From a virus (taxonomy: Duplodnaviria > Caudoviricetes), in IMG/VR virus record IMGVR_UViG_3300033485_000036, positions 1 to 43,666 of that record: 43,666 nt of DNA, one strand, 5' to 3'. The notes below the pieces were generated by a model. The model searched no databases, had not been told where the DNA came from, and saw only the letters and a list, made by a program, of their open reading frames with translations. The position numbers were made by a program, and so were the translations under genes. Shown here piece by piece: positions 25,624 to 33,812 of the stretch (its first letter is position 1; each line of letters starts with the position of its first letter).

Positions 25624-26204
25624 TAGTAGTTTCTCACTTCCCAGATTACGACATTTCGGTTAGGTGTGTTACCAAGGCAGCGCGTGTAGACAGCGAGTTC
25701 GATGACGTGTCCCGGGTACGACTCGAACAGGCACTCAATCTCATCGAACGAGCCCTGAGTGCAGATGGAGCGAATATACTCCTTAACTCCGACACCGACG
25801 GCATGGCGGCCGTGCCGAGACAGTGCGGCGCGCATGGGTTCCTTGCTGAATGAGTGGTAGAAGTACCACCCACCAACACCTTCAACCAACTCCCCCTGGA
25901 CGATGAGCTTGCACGGCGAGTTTGGGTCATACTGCTCTGGTGTGCCCTCACACACGATCTGTTCCTCAAGTGAAATACCAGAGGACCTCAACACATCAAC
26001 AATGTCCCAAGGGTCGACAGGCATCTTGAAGTCACCACCGGGAACAAGACTCCGAATGCCGACAAACGGCAAGCAATTGATGTAATCCCAGGTACGGAAA
26101 TCAGATGACAAGTACTCATCTCCAGTCCACGCCCCCATTCGGTTTCCGAGTTGACCCGACAGCCATAGATCGTAGAACTGCCTCTTTGTGTTTATTTGCA
26201 TCAT
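25623..26204 (-). CDS. Uncharacterised protein, possibly ATP-grasp-like (paralogue of 13813-14373)
   Basis: GNR..W, VGIR, QGEL, SYPGHVIEL, IWEVRNY. Confidence 0.7.
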   Translation of the reverse strand: MMQINTKRQFYDLWLSGQLGNRMGAWTGDEYLSSDFRTWDYINCLPFVGIRSLVPGGDFKMPVDPWDIVDVLRSSGISLEEQIVCEGTPEQYDPNSPCKLIVQGELVEGVGGWYFYHSFSKEPMRAALSRHGRHAVGVGVKEYIRSICTQGSFDEIECLFESYPGHVIELAVYTRCLGNTPNRNVVIWEVRNY

Positions 26205-26210
26205 CTCTCC

Positions 26211-27359
26211 CTACTTCTTGATGTGCTCTTCATACTCCGTTGTGAACTTCTCTCCTACCGCGCCAGCCTTCTCGAGTGCCTCCAATACACCGCGAACCTT
26301 CGCTGCCTTCTTGCCCTTCTCGAACCCAGAAACCTCAACCCCGCGCTCGATACCTGCCTTTGATGTCTTCTTAGCGACCGCGGCGATCGCGCCCTCCGCC
26401 CCAAGCAACTCAACAAGCACGGGCCATGCAACATCTGCGTCGTACGTCTTTTGAGTCCCAACCACCGGGCCCCACACCCTGCCCCCACCAACGTCGATTG
26501 GGTACTGAGCGGCATAGGCCATGAGGGCACGCCCAACATCATTTACGGCCGTCTTTGCCGCCTGGTAGCGGACAAGCGCCTGAGTCGCCATCTCTGGAGT
26601 CAGCATCGACTTGATGGTCTTCGCCAACCCGGGATCCGCCAGCGCCTGGATCTGCGCAGTGTACGCCGGACAAGCCCAGCGCCCCTTGCAGCGGCCGCAG
26701 TGGCGCCCGGGGAGTGGGTTGAGCTTCCCCATCTCCCCGTATTCCTTTGATGCCTCGATGACGCGGTCGCACACCAGCGACAGCTCACCCTGAATCAGAG
26801 ATAGGTCGAAGCTGTCTAGCTCCCCACGGTCCCACCATGTTGCCGAACCGGTTGCATGCAGGATGCCCACCACGGCGGAGGAGCATCCGTGGGTGCGACA
26901 CACCATGAGAGCCAATGTCCGAAGCTGCCTTAGGTCGACGGCCTTTCCGGTGTCGGAATGACCAGTCTTCAGGTCGTCGATATGGGCGACATCGCCGTCG
27001 ATGCGCACATAGTCTGCGGTTCCGTACACCAGCATTCCGGTGCGCGGGTAGTTGCGATCTAGATGGTGCCCAACCCGAGCCGCAACCTGTGCGTATGGAT
27101 CCCAGGAATACGTGACCTCGGACTCGGAATACACAAGGGGCTCAAGGTGCTCGTCATCGATCGAGTCGAGCCAGGCCTTTGTTTCGGGGTCCGTCGGGGG
27201 GCCACCGAATCCAGTGACACGATTGTCGAGCGCCGCATGACGAAGAGTTCCCGCCTCCATCGCATCTGATGTCTCTAGCGCCGCCGGAATCACTTGAGAT
27301 GACGGACACCTTTCGGCGATGTCGACGGCACTTGCCGTCGGAAGAGTCGGTAGAGTCAC
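26211..27359 (-). CDS. PD-(D/E)XK Cas4-like exonuclease (DUF2800-like)
   Basis: RCP, GTLRH, GTAD...DDLKTG, QL..L, PG.HCGRCK..WACP. Confidence 0.85.
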   Translation of the reverse strand: MTLPTLPTASAVDIAERCPSSQVIPAALETSDAMEAGTLRHAALDNRVTGFGGPPTDPETKAWLDSIDDEHLEPLVYSESEVTYSWDPYAQVAARVGHHLDRNYPRTGMLVYGTADYVRIDGDVAHIDDLKTGHSDTGKAVDLRQLRTLALMVCRTHGCSSAVVGILHATGSATWWDRGELDSFDLSLIQGELSLVCDRVIEASKEYGEMGKLNPLPGRHCGRCKGRWACPAYTAQIQALADPGLAKTIKSMLTPEMATQALVRYQAAKTAVNDVGRALMAYAAQYPIDVGGGRVWGPVVGTQKTYDADVAWPVLVELLGAEGAIAAVAKKTSKAGIERGVEVSGFEKGKKAAKVRGVLEALEKAGAVGEKFTTEYEEHIKK

Positions 27360-28117
27360 GACTTGACCTCGAGCGCGCGGAGCTCGGTCTCGCGGGCCTT
27401 GAACGCCGCTCGCAACGAATCGAGCATGGGCTTGGTGGTCGCCGGGTCGGCGTGCCCAGCGAATGATGGACCGATCTGGAGCCCGAGCTGCTGAAGGGCC
27501 CTGATGTCGGTCGCGGCCTTGATTTTCTCTGCGTGTTCGGCGCACTTATCGGCCAGGGTGGGCCCGGCGGCCGGCGGAGGAGGTGGGGGACCATCATCCA
27601 CAGCAGCCTTCGCCTGTGCCTGTGGGGCCGGCGACTGGTTCGGCTTCGAGTACTGCGTGACCTGGGCCCTAGGGGTGGGAGAGGGCTGGCGACGCTCGAC
27701 CGTGTTGGTGCTGGCGGCCGCCGCAAGCCCGTCATCGTCGTCATCATCAGAGACGACGCCAAGCATCGCAGATAGGGCGTACCGACGGGCATAGGACAGG
27801 GCCGACCCGATGCCCTGTGGAGTCTGCTGGGCCACGGGCATCTCGATGAGGCTAGACACCCAACCGCCAGACGCGTGTTGTAGGCGAGTCTCCACAAACA
27901 CTTTGCGCTCCCCGATGCTCGGCAGCTGAATGACCGAGAGGCCATTCTCCGCCAGCGGCTTGCGCACGACATCCCAGATCGCAGACAGCGTGGCGTATTT
28001 GAATGAGTAGGTCCCTTTGACCTCGCGGTCCTTTCCGACACTACTGAGTGCGCCCTGACATTTCGCCAATGCCGCAGCAAGCTCGGGCGTGAAATTCGAC
28101 TGGATCTCTTCGGCCAT
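27356..28117 (-). CDS. erf: ERF-family single-strand annealing protein
   Basis: KYATL, LAENGL, HASG, QGIGSALSYARRYALSAMLG, DDDG. Confidence 0.92.
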   Translation of the reverse strand: MAEEIQSNFTPELAAALAKCQGALSSVGKDREVKGTYSFKYATLSAIWDVVRKPLAENGLSVIQLPSIGERKVFVETRLQHASGGWVSSLIEMPVAQQTPQGIGSALSYARRYALSAMLGVVSDDDDDDGLAAAASTNTVERRQPSPTPRAQVTQYSKPNQSPAPQAQAKAAVDDGPPPPPPAAGPTLADKCAEHAEKIKAATDIRALQQLGLQIGPSFAGHADPATTKPMLDSLRAAFKARETELRALEVKS

Positions 28118-28145
28118 GTGTTTTTCTCCCTACGTTGTACTACAT

Positions 28146-28469
28146 TTAAAATGGAAGCTCTTCGTACGCCAGTGACTCAAACGGCACCACCCCGCTCGGA
28201 AGCAGGTCTGATTCGACGAACGGCCGATCTCCGCGACACGTGAGTGTCTTGGTGACATCGAGACCTTCACCACTAAGCTCGAGATACCATCGACACCCAC
28301 ACTCGCCCTCAACCATCACAGATAGAATCGGGTCAACATGGACACCAAAGTCATCCTCAAGGAAGCGCTGATCCTTTGAGAACCTGACTGACGCCGCCGG
28401 TCCGAACTGCTCATCAATCACTCGGAGTGCCACATTTAGCCCCTCGAGTGCTTCCGCAAGATCACTCAT
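28146..28469 (-). CDS. Hypothetical protein (acidic, ends EELPF)
   Basis: ORF; coupled to its neighbours. Confidence 0.65.
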   Translation of the reverse strand: MSDLAEALEGLNVALRVIDEQFGPAASVRFSKDQRFLEDDFGVHVDPILSVMVEGECGCRWYLELSGEGLDVTKTLTCRGDRPFVESDLLPSGVVPFESLAYEELPF

Positions 28470-28743
28470 GACCGTTACCTTTCGTGTTTTGCGATTTCAG
28501 CTGCACGAATGGTGCCACTGTTCGCCCAAGGCAATCCACAACCCTCAATCCATCCTCGGATCTATGGAACCCGTGAATACCCTTGACCGACATCATACCA
28601 CCACACACGCCACACTCGACGTACGTGCGCATAGCGATGAACACCTCGTCCCAACACCCGTCGGGCGGAGGGATCGGCTCCTTCGGTTTGTATCCGGGTG
28701 GATATGGTGCTCCAGTGATGATTGGTTTCGACTTCTTGGCCAT
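28462..28743 (-). CDS. Zn-ribbon hypothetical protein (leaderless candidate)
   Basis: MAKKSKP...CGVCG. Confidence 0.65.
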   Translation of the reverse strand: MAKKSKPIITGAPYPPGYKPKEPIPPPDGCWDEVFIAMRTYVECGVCGGMMSVKGIHGFHRSEDGLRVVDCLGRTVAPFVQLKSQNTKGNGHE

Positions 28744-28755
28744 GGCAGAGCGTGT

Positions 28756-28772
28756 TGCAGGTTTCGTGCCCA
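28756..28772 (-). promoter_or_regulatory. sigma54-type promoter of the recombination operon
   Basis: TG-GG-CACGAAACCT-GC-A; ATG 28743 at 14 nt. Confidence 0.85.
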
Positions 28773-28785
28773 AAAAACGACCTCA

Positions 28786-28869
28786 GCATTTGCCCTAGGA
28801 GCGACGATCTCCACTAGCCCGGTACCTCGGCATGGGGGAGAACGAATTCAGGACACGTCATGGGTCGTC
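28786..28869 (-). repeat. Block-conserved upstream element, copy 2
   Basis: GACGACCCA-N22-CCCCCATGCC-N18-AGATCGTCGCTCCTAGGGCAAATGC. Confidence 0.8.
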
Positions 28870-28900
28870 GATATTAACCCACCAACAATGAATGACCCAT
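28861..28900. repeat. 40-bp exact repeat, copy 2
   Basis: Identical to 12507-12546. Confidence 0.9.
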
Positions 28901-28932
28901 CAAAACATCTCGGACTTCACTCGGAGAGACAA

Positions 28933-28949
28933 TGGGCATGGGACATGCA
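28933..28949 (+). promoter_or_regulatory. sigma54-type promoter of the helicase operon
   Basis: TG-GG-CATGGGACAT-GC-A; ATG 28964 at 16 nt. Confidence 0.7.
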
Positions 28950-28963
28950 TCACCAGGACACCA

Positions 28964-30292
28964 ATGAGTCAACCCAGTTCCATCGACATCGGGGCACTCC
29001 AGTCGATTACGGATCTGTCTCAGATACCAAGCGAGGCACAGGCCGCAATCAGGCTATCCGGACTCACCATTGAGGATATACCGGAGAAGGTACGACCTGT
29101 ATGGTCGATGGTGTTTGACATCATTCGAAGCGGGAATACGGTCGACTCGGCGGTTGTGGCCTCCATGCTTGAGCGCACCAACCGACAGGATCTGATTCCG
29201 TATTGCGTCGAAACCGTTGGATTTCCGATGTGTGCCTCTAGCGCCCTGGTAAGGTGCGTAGAGGTACGCAAAAACGCAGTGCGCGAAAGAGCCATTGATG
29301 CGGCCCGATCGGCCCTGCGACAGCTCGAGAGCGGAGTTGATCTACCAACGGCAGCAATTACCCTGGCCCAAGCAAACGACATCGCGGGATCGGCCACCAC
29401 AGGAAGTAGGGTGCGCAACTGTAGGGGGAGTGCAGTATCGCACATTGAACATCTCGAAGCGCGATGGGCCGACACAGCCCCGAAGCCGCTGATTACCGGG
29501 TGGCCAGACTTCGACGATGATATTGGGCTCATAAACAATCTAATCGTCATCGGGTCGCGCGCTGGTGTAGGTAAATCTGCGGTCGTTGCCGGTCTAGTCA
29601 GGCAGTGGTTGAGTTCTGGCGTGAAGGTGGGTATCCTGTCGTATGAAGACGATACTCGCAACCTGATTGCGCGCCTAGTGGCGCAGCGAAGCGGGTCGGA
29701 TCTCAGGACGGCCTCCGGAGATCGTCCGGGTACCGAGCACGAGCGACTCGAGATAGCCAGCGCGCTTGAGTGGTGGAATAACGTAGAGGGCCTACTGGAG
29801 TCGGACGACGAGCGCCCCCCTGGCACCATTGAAGATGCCGTTGCCAGCGTTCGTGAGATGGTCAAGCGCGGCTGCAAGGTGGTCATTCTCGACAACCTTA
29901 CATGCCTGAGGTTCGGCGGATCATCCGAGCGATTCGATCTCGAGGTGTCGCGAGCCCTACTTGACCTTCGAAGCGAGGCTCAGGCTGGAAATATTCCCGT
30001 AATCGTCGTGGGTCACATCAAGCGCGGGCAGACAGAGGCAGAGGAGAGCGAGAGGCCCCCGCGCATGAGCGACTTCAAGGATTCGTCGGGGTGGGAGAAT
30101 TTCGCACGTGTCATGCTTGGGTGCTGGAGAGATGAAAATAGATTGATGATGAGAATATTGAAGCAAACGAACGGCCCATCTGGCATAGATTTCGAGCTTG
30201 AGGTTGCAACTCGAGCGGCTGTTGTTGTAGGATGTACGAGAGCAGTAAAACCGACCGGGCGGACCCCCGGGACAGGGAGAGACGAAAGATGA
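28964..30292 (+). CDS. DnaB-like replicative helicase
   Basis: TGWPDFD, GSRAGVGKS, ILSYE, VILDNL, PRMSDFKDSSGWE, KQTNGP. Confidence 0.88.
   Translation: MSQPSSIDIGALQSITDLSQIPSEAQAAIRLSGLTIEDIPEKVRPVWSMVFDIIRSGNTVDSAVVASMLERTNRQDLIPYCVETVGFPMCASSALVRCVEVRKNAVRERAIDAARSALRQLESGVDLPTAAITLAQANDIAGSATTGSRVRNCRGSAVSHIEHLEARWADTAPKPLITGWPDFDDDIGLINNLIVIGSRAGVGKSAVVAGLVRQWLSSGVKVGILSYEDDTRNLIARLVAQRSGSDLRTASGDRPGTEHERLEIASALEWWNNVEGLLESDDERPPGTIEDAVASVREMVKRGCKVVILDNLTCLRFGGSSERFDLEVSRALLDLRSEAQAGNIPVIVVGHIKRGQTEAEESERPPRMSDFKDSSGWENFARVMLGCWRDENRLMMRILKQTNGPSGIDFELEVATRAAVVVGCTRAVKPTGRTPGTGRDER
30251..30270 (+). repeat. Start-associated hairpin repeat, copy 5 (variant, inside the helicase 3' end)
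   Basis: CCGACCGGGCGGACCCCCGG then AGGGAGAG. Confidence 0.75.
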
Positions 30293-30714
30293 GCAATCTC
30301 ACACTCGCAGCAGCATGGGACGCAGTCACCAAGGGCGCGGTCAAGTTCGCCACCGATCAGATCGACACCAAGGCCTTCCATAGCCTCGTCGTGACGTACG
30401 CCACGGCCAGGGCGGACGAGGCCCGAGTCGTTGCCCCCAAGTCAGCACCGGCATCCTCCGGAGGACCCACGATGCCATTCGGGCGCAGCAAGGGGCGACC
30501 GATCGCCACTGCTCCGGTCGATGACGTCGAGTGGATGCTCGGTGTCGTGACGCAGTCGATCGATGACCCAAGCAAAGCCCGCTTTCGCGATTCGAACATC
30601 AAGCTTGCGGCCGCGCTCGAAAACCGACTCAATGAGGGGAGAGCTGGCGACACACCCGAGAAGCCCGACAACACCAAGGCCTCGTCATCCGAACCGGAAG
30701 ACATCCCCTTCTAA
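30289..30714 (+). CDS. DUF3820-like (MPFG) protein with an SSB-type acidic tail
   Basis: MPFGRSKGRPI...VEWM; ends EPEDIPF. Confidence 0.7.
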   Translation: MSNLTLAAAWDAVTKGAVKFATDQIDTKAFHSLVVTYATARADEARVVAPKSAPASSGGPTMPFGRSKGRPIATAPVDDVEWMLGVVTQSIDDPSKARFRDSNIKLAAALENRLNEGRAGDTPEKPDNTKASSSEPEDIPF

Positions 30715-31004
30715 TGAGCCGCTACGCTCGAAAGGTTGATGGCAACCATGCAGAAATAGTGCGAGCTCTCGCCTTGGCCGATGCAATGGTGCAGTCCATT
30801 GCGTCGGTCGGCGCCGGATGCCCTGACCTACTTGTCGGTTACAAGGGCCGATGGGTGGTGATGGAAATCAAGGATGGCTCAAAGCCACCTGGCGCGCGAA
30901 GACTCGCTGAATGCCAGCGAATCTGGCACCTTACTGCAAAGAGACACGGACTTCCGGTGTTCGTCGTTACGAGTCCACAGGAAGCACTTGATGCACTGAA
31001 ATAG
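30714..31004 (+). CDS. VRR-NUC-type nuclease/resolvase
   Basis: KVDGNHAEIV, GCPDLLVG, MEIKDG, L...Q..W. Confidence 0.85.
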   Translation: MSRYARKVDGNHAEIVRALALADAMVQSIASVGAGCPDLLVGYKGRWVVMEIKDGSKPPGARRLAECQRIWHLTAKRHGLPVFVVTSPQEALDALK

Positions 31005-31012
31005 CTGGAATC

Positions 31013-31043
31013 TACTGGGCCCCCTTTCGGGGGCCTAGTTATT
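31013..31043. terminator. Bidirectional intrinsic terminator between convergent operons
   Basis: ACTGGGCCCC-TTTC-GGGGCCTAGT-TATT. Confidence 0.8.
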
Positions 31044-31490
31044 TCAGGCGTGCGAGTCGAGCCACGCCCACACAGCGGGAATTCCACCGGAAGCGTGCGC
31101 CTTCTGGAGATCGGAGAGCTTGACCGGCAACTGTACGTGCGGAACGTCAACAAACGACACCCACGCGCCGCCCCACTCCAACCCCAAGGCCTTGGCCTGT
31201 GCCCCCAGGGTAGCGTATGCCGCCAGGTGCCAGTCCGCCTTTCCGTCGACAATGCGCGCGAAGTCGACCGCTACGCCATAGTTGTGGTAGCTTTGTCCAC
31301 CCTTGGCCTTAGTGACGAAGGCCCCCTTGACACCCGTCCCGCGTCCGATCGCGTAGAGTGCATCCTGCTCCGCGAACGTGCGCACACCTGAGGTGATGCG
31401 GTACTCGCAGCCCAGCGCCTTGCAGCGCTCTTGGAGCCCGAGGGCCTTGGCGCGAAACGAGGGGTAGAGAAGGCTGAGGTCAACGGTCAT
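31044..31490 (-). CDS. Endolysin, M15 family (L-Ala-D-Glu peptidase-like)
   Basis: RTFAEQDALYA.GR, VTKAKGGQSYHNYGVAVD, LEWGG.W...DVPHVQ. Confidence 0.92.
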   Translation of the reverse strand: MTVDLSLLYPSFRAKALGLQERCKALGCEYRITSGVRTFAEQDALYAIGRGTGVKGAFVTKAKGGQSYHNYGVAVDFARIVDGKADWHLAAYATLGAQAKALGLEWGGAWVSFVDVPHVQLPVKLSDLQKAHASGGIPAVWAWLDSHA

Positions 31491-31491
31491 G

Positions 31492-32040
31492 TTAGAACTC
31501 CAAGGACAGCGAGAGGCCAGCGGCGCCGTACGTCGAGACCCAGACCCCTCCCGACAGGGGTCCGATGAGGCGCCCAGAGAACTCGGCCCCCAACACCAGC
31601 GGCCCAGCCAGGGGGATGAAGGGGGCGTTGATTGAGGCCCCCGCCGAGACACCAACACGCCAATTCGGCCGAACCGGGGTTGTTGTGGTGCTGGTTTCTG
31701 TGTGCGATGACACCGACCGATCGAAGGCCTTGGTGCCCTGAGTCAGGACCTCTGAGACCGCCACCGACTCCGAGCGTTCGACCGACGTCTCGTGGACTGC
31801 ACCCTCGGGCGACACGGTACGGTCACGGTACACCACGACCGTCTTTGCCTTAGCGGCCACCTCGCGGACCTCGACCTTGACGACCTCACGCACCACGTCG
31901 CGAAGCTCGACCTTAGTCTCCGTGCGAACCTCCACCCTTGGGGCACCAAGATAGCGCTGGGCGAGTCCGCCAGCGAGCGCGCCAGCCAACACGAGGCCAG
32001 CGCGCAGAGACCACTTCGAGACTTCGGGCGACGGTGTCAT
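31492..32040 (-). CDS. Lysis-associated membrane protein; candidate spanin
   Basis: N-terminal TM, V/E/K/T-rich stalk, C-terminal amphipathic beta strands ending LSLSLEF; immediately upstream of the endolysin. Confidence 0.55.
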   Translation of the reverse strand: MTPSPEVSKWSLRAGLVLAGALAGGLAQRYLGAPRVEVRTETKVELRDVVREVVKVEVREVAAKAKTVVVYRDRTVSPEGAVHETSVERSESVAVSEVLTQGTKAFDRSVSSHTETSTTTTPVRPNWRVGVSAGASINAPFIPLAGPLVLGAEFSGRLIGPLSGGVWVSTYGAAGLSLSLEF

Positions 32041-32318
32041 GGTGTTCCAGGATCAGGCGGAAGTGTTGTGAGGTAGGCTCGCGAAGTCTGTTGCGGCCCA
32101 AGAGCGTCATATGGGGATAGGCCGATGTAATATGGAGGCGTAGCTCCGGTTGATACCTGATACATACAATCAGACACCGGATCGAACTCAAACCACCCAT
32201 CACCAAGCGGTGTGCACTCAAGACTCGGCAATGGGCCAGCCAGCGTGTAACGGTCAACGACCGGTCTGGCTGTTGGGAGTGGTATTCCTTGGGTGTCATA
32301 CACTCGGAATTGAATCAT
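32037..32318 (-). CDS. Hypothetical protein
   Basis: ORF in the late operon. Confidence 0.6.
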   Translation of the reverse strand: MIQFRVYDTQGIPLPTARPVVDRYTLAGPLPSLECTPLGDGWFEFDPVSDCMYQVSTGATPPYYIGLSPYDALGPQQTSRAYLTTLPPDPGTP

Positions 32319-32319
32319 G

Positions 32320-32988
32320 TTACACCAGTTTCAGGTCAGAGAAAGTTCCAGAAACCGAAGGAAGACCCCATCCAGTGTCGTCACCTCCGGTCCACAAATG
32401 GACCCGCCATGGCACCGTATTACGCACCACCGATCCAGCCAATACCCATGCGCCAGCCTTCCAGATATAGGCGCTCGCCAGAGTACCAACCCGCGTGAAA
32501 CGAAATGAGCCGCTCACCTGATCCGCGGTTCCAAGGTCAATCCAACCCAACCCGGGATAACTCAAAGAAGAGCCAGCCGCATAGGCTCCCTCATCGGCTC
32601 CATGGCCATACCGCTGCAAGGCAATGGAGTTGGTTAGGGTTCCAGCGGGGTCGAATATTCTAGCCGAAAGCCATCTATTGCAGTTTGAGCCAGGCCAGGC
32701 CCCCGTGTCGTAACGCATGCGCAAATCGAAATCACCAGCAACACATACACCCCAGGTTTCATCAGAGGACACACGACTGCGAATCCACCCGCCAGTTGTT
32801 GTTGTGGTTCCTGACCTACTCAATGTGACACCACCGTTGTGGTCAGTGACATACACTGCGCTACCAGTCCCGGGCGTAGTCATGTCTTGCCAGAATTTCC
32901 CTACCCCAATTTCCATCGGAAGCTGCCCGTAACGCTCCAGACGACGGACATCATCTTGGATCATGTCCGCCATGATATTGGCGATCAT
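32320..32988 (-). CDS. Putative tail/receptor-binding beta-sandwich protein
   Basis: GDFDLRMRY, FRFTRVG...Y; Trp/Gly/Thr-rich; AT-richer. Confidence 0.55.
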   Translation of the reverse strand: MIANIMADMIQDDVRRLERYGQLPMEIGVGKFWQDMTTPGTGSAVYVTDHNGGVTLSRSGTTTTTGGWIRSRVSSDETWGVCVAGDFDLRMRYDTGAWPGSNCNRWLSARIFDPAGTLTNSIALQRYGHGADEGAYAAGSSLSYPGLGWIDLGTADQVSGSFRFTRVGTLASAYIWKAGAWVLAGSVVRNTVPWRVHLWTGGDDTGWGLPSVSGTFSDLKLV

Positions 32989-33803
32989 CAGACGTTACCC
33001 ACAAGCCTACAGGTGGCGTATGTCGTGTCATTTCCCACATAAAAGAAAAGCTTGTCTCGGGCCCCTGGGGTGGGTGTGATGTTCGGTATGAGCCCCCCCG
33101 AGAACTTCCAGAATGGAGAGAATAGTAACGACCACAGCGAGGTTCCGTTTGTGATCTCGATGCATCCCGCCATTCCCGCTAGGACATTGGTGGGCGTGTT
33201 GAGCGTGGCACTCTCCGTGAGGGTGGTGTACCAGTTGCGGTGCGATGCGAACGACAGGTTGAGCTGCCCACCACTCGACGCAAATGACTGGGGTGTGTCG
33301 ATCTGACTGGCGGTCGTGAGCAACGGGACATAGGCCCCACCGTTCGCCGAGATCTCCGCCACGTTGGCGTTGTTTCGGAGTCGCACCTCTCCGGCCGGAG
33401 CCACCGGAGCGGTAGGGGCGCTCTGCATCCCGATGAAGGCCTTGAACGTCTTGCCGCCTGCACCCATGACCTGATCCGAGGTGCTGACCTTTCCGGCCAC
33501 ACCGTCGGCCGCGTCAGCCACTGTCCCGCCGACCGGTGCGTAGGCCCCACCGTCGAACGACACCTCGAGTCCGGCCGCGCCAGCCTTCGCGCGCACGCCG
33601 CCAGCCGGCGCAACCTCGGGATTCGCACCGCCAGCAAGGCCGAGAAACTCCCCCGCCGTCAATGCGGTCGCCAGGGCGTTGATGCCGTTGACGGCCTCGT
33701 TCCATTCCTGGGCCATGACCTTCTTGCCCACGGGAACCGACGGCTGACTGTTGCGGTCGGTCTTGGTGTTGCTCGTCAGTGGGTTGCTGTAGGGAAAAGC
33801 CAT
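32988..33803 (-). CDS. Tail fibre protein
   Basis: Repeated 'APAG.VR...EVS..GGAY.P' units; C-terminal WKFSGG..P...TPGARD domain. Confidence 0.7.
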   Translation of the reverse strand: MAFPYSNPLTSNTKTDRNSQPSVPVGKKVMAQEWNEAVNGINALATALTAGEFLGLAGGANPEVAPAGGVRAKAGAAGLEVSFDGGAYAPVGGTVADAADGVAGKVSTSDQVMGAGGKTFKAFIGMQSAPTAPVAPAGEVRLRNNANVAEISANGGAYVPLLTTASQIDTPQSFASSGGQLNLSFASHRNWYTTLTESATLNTPTNVLAGMAGCIEITNGTSLWSLLFSPFWKFSGGLIPNITPTPGARDKLFFYVGNDTTYATCRLVGNV

Positions 33804-33812
33804 TGTGTGATC

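Noticed and set aside
24592-25626. Long antisense ORFs (also 605-1345, 3453-4382, 4780-5622, 29020-29895, 41607-42491)
   Set aside because: Shadow frames of well-supported genes in GC-rich DNA, with no SD or motifs
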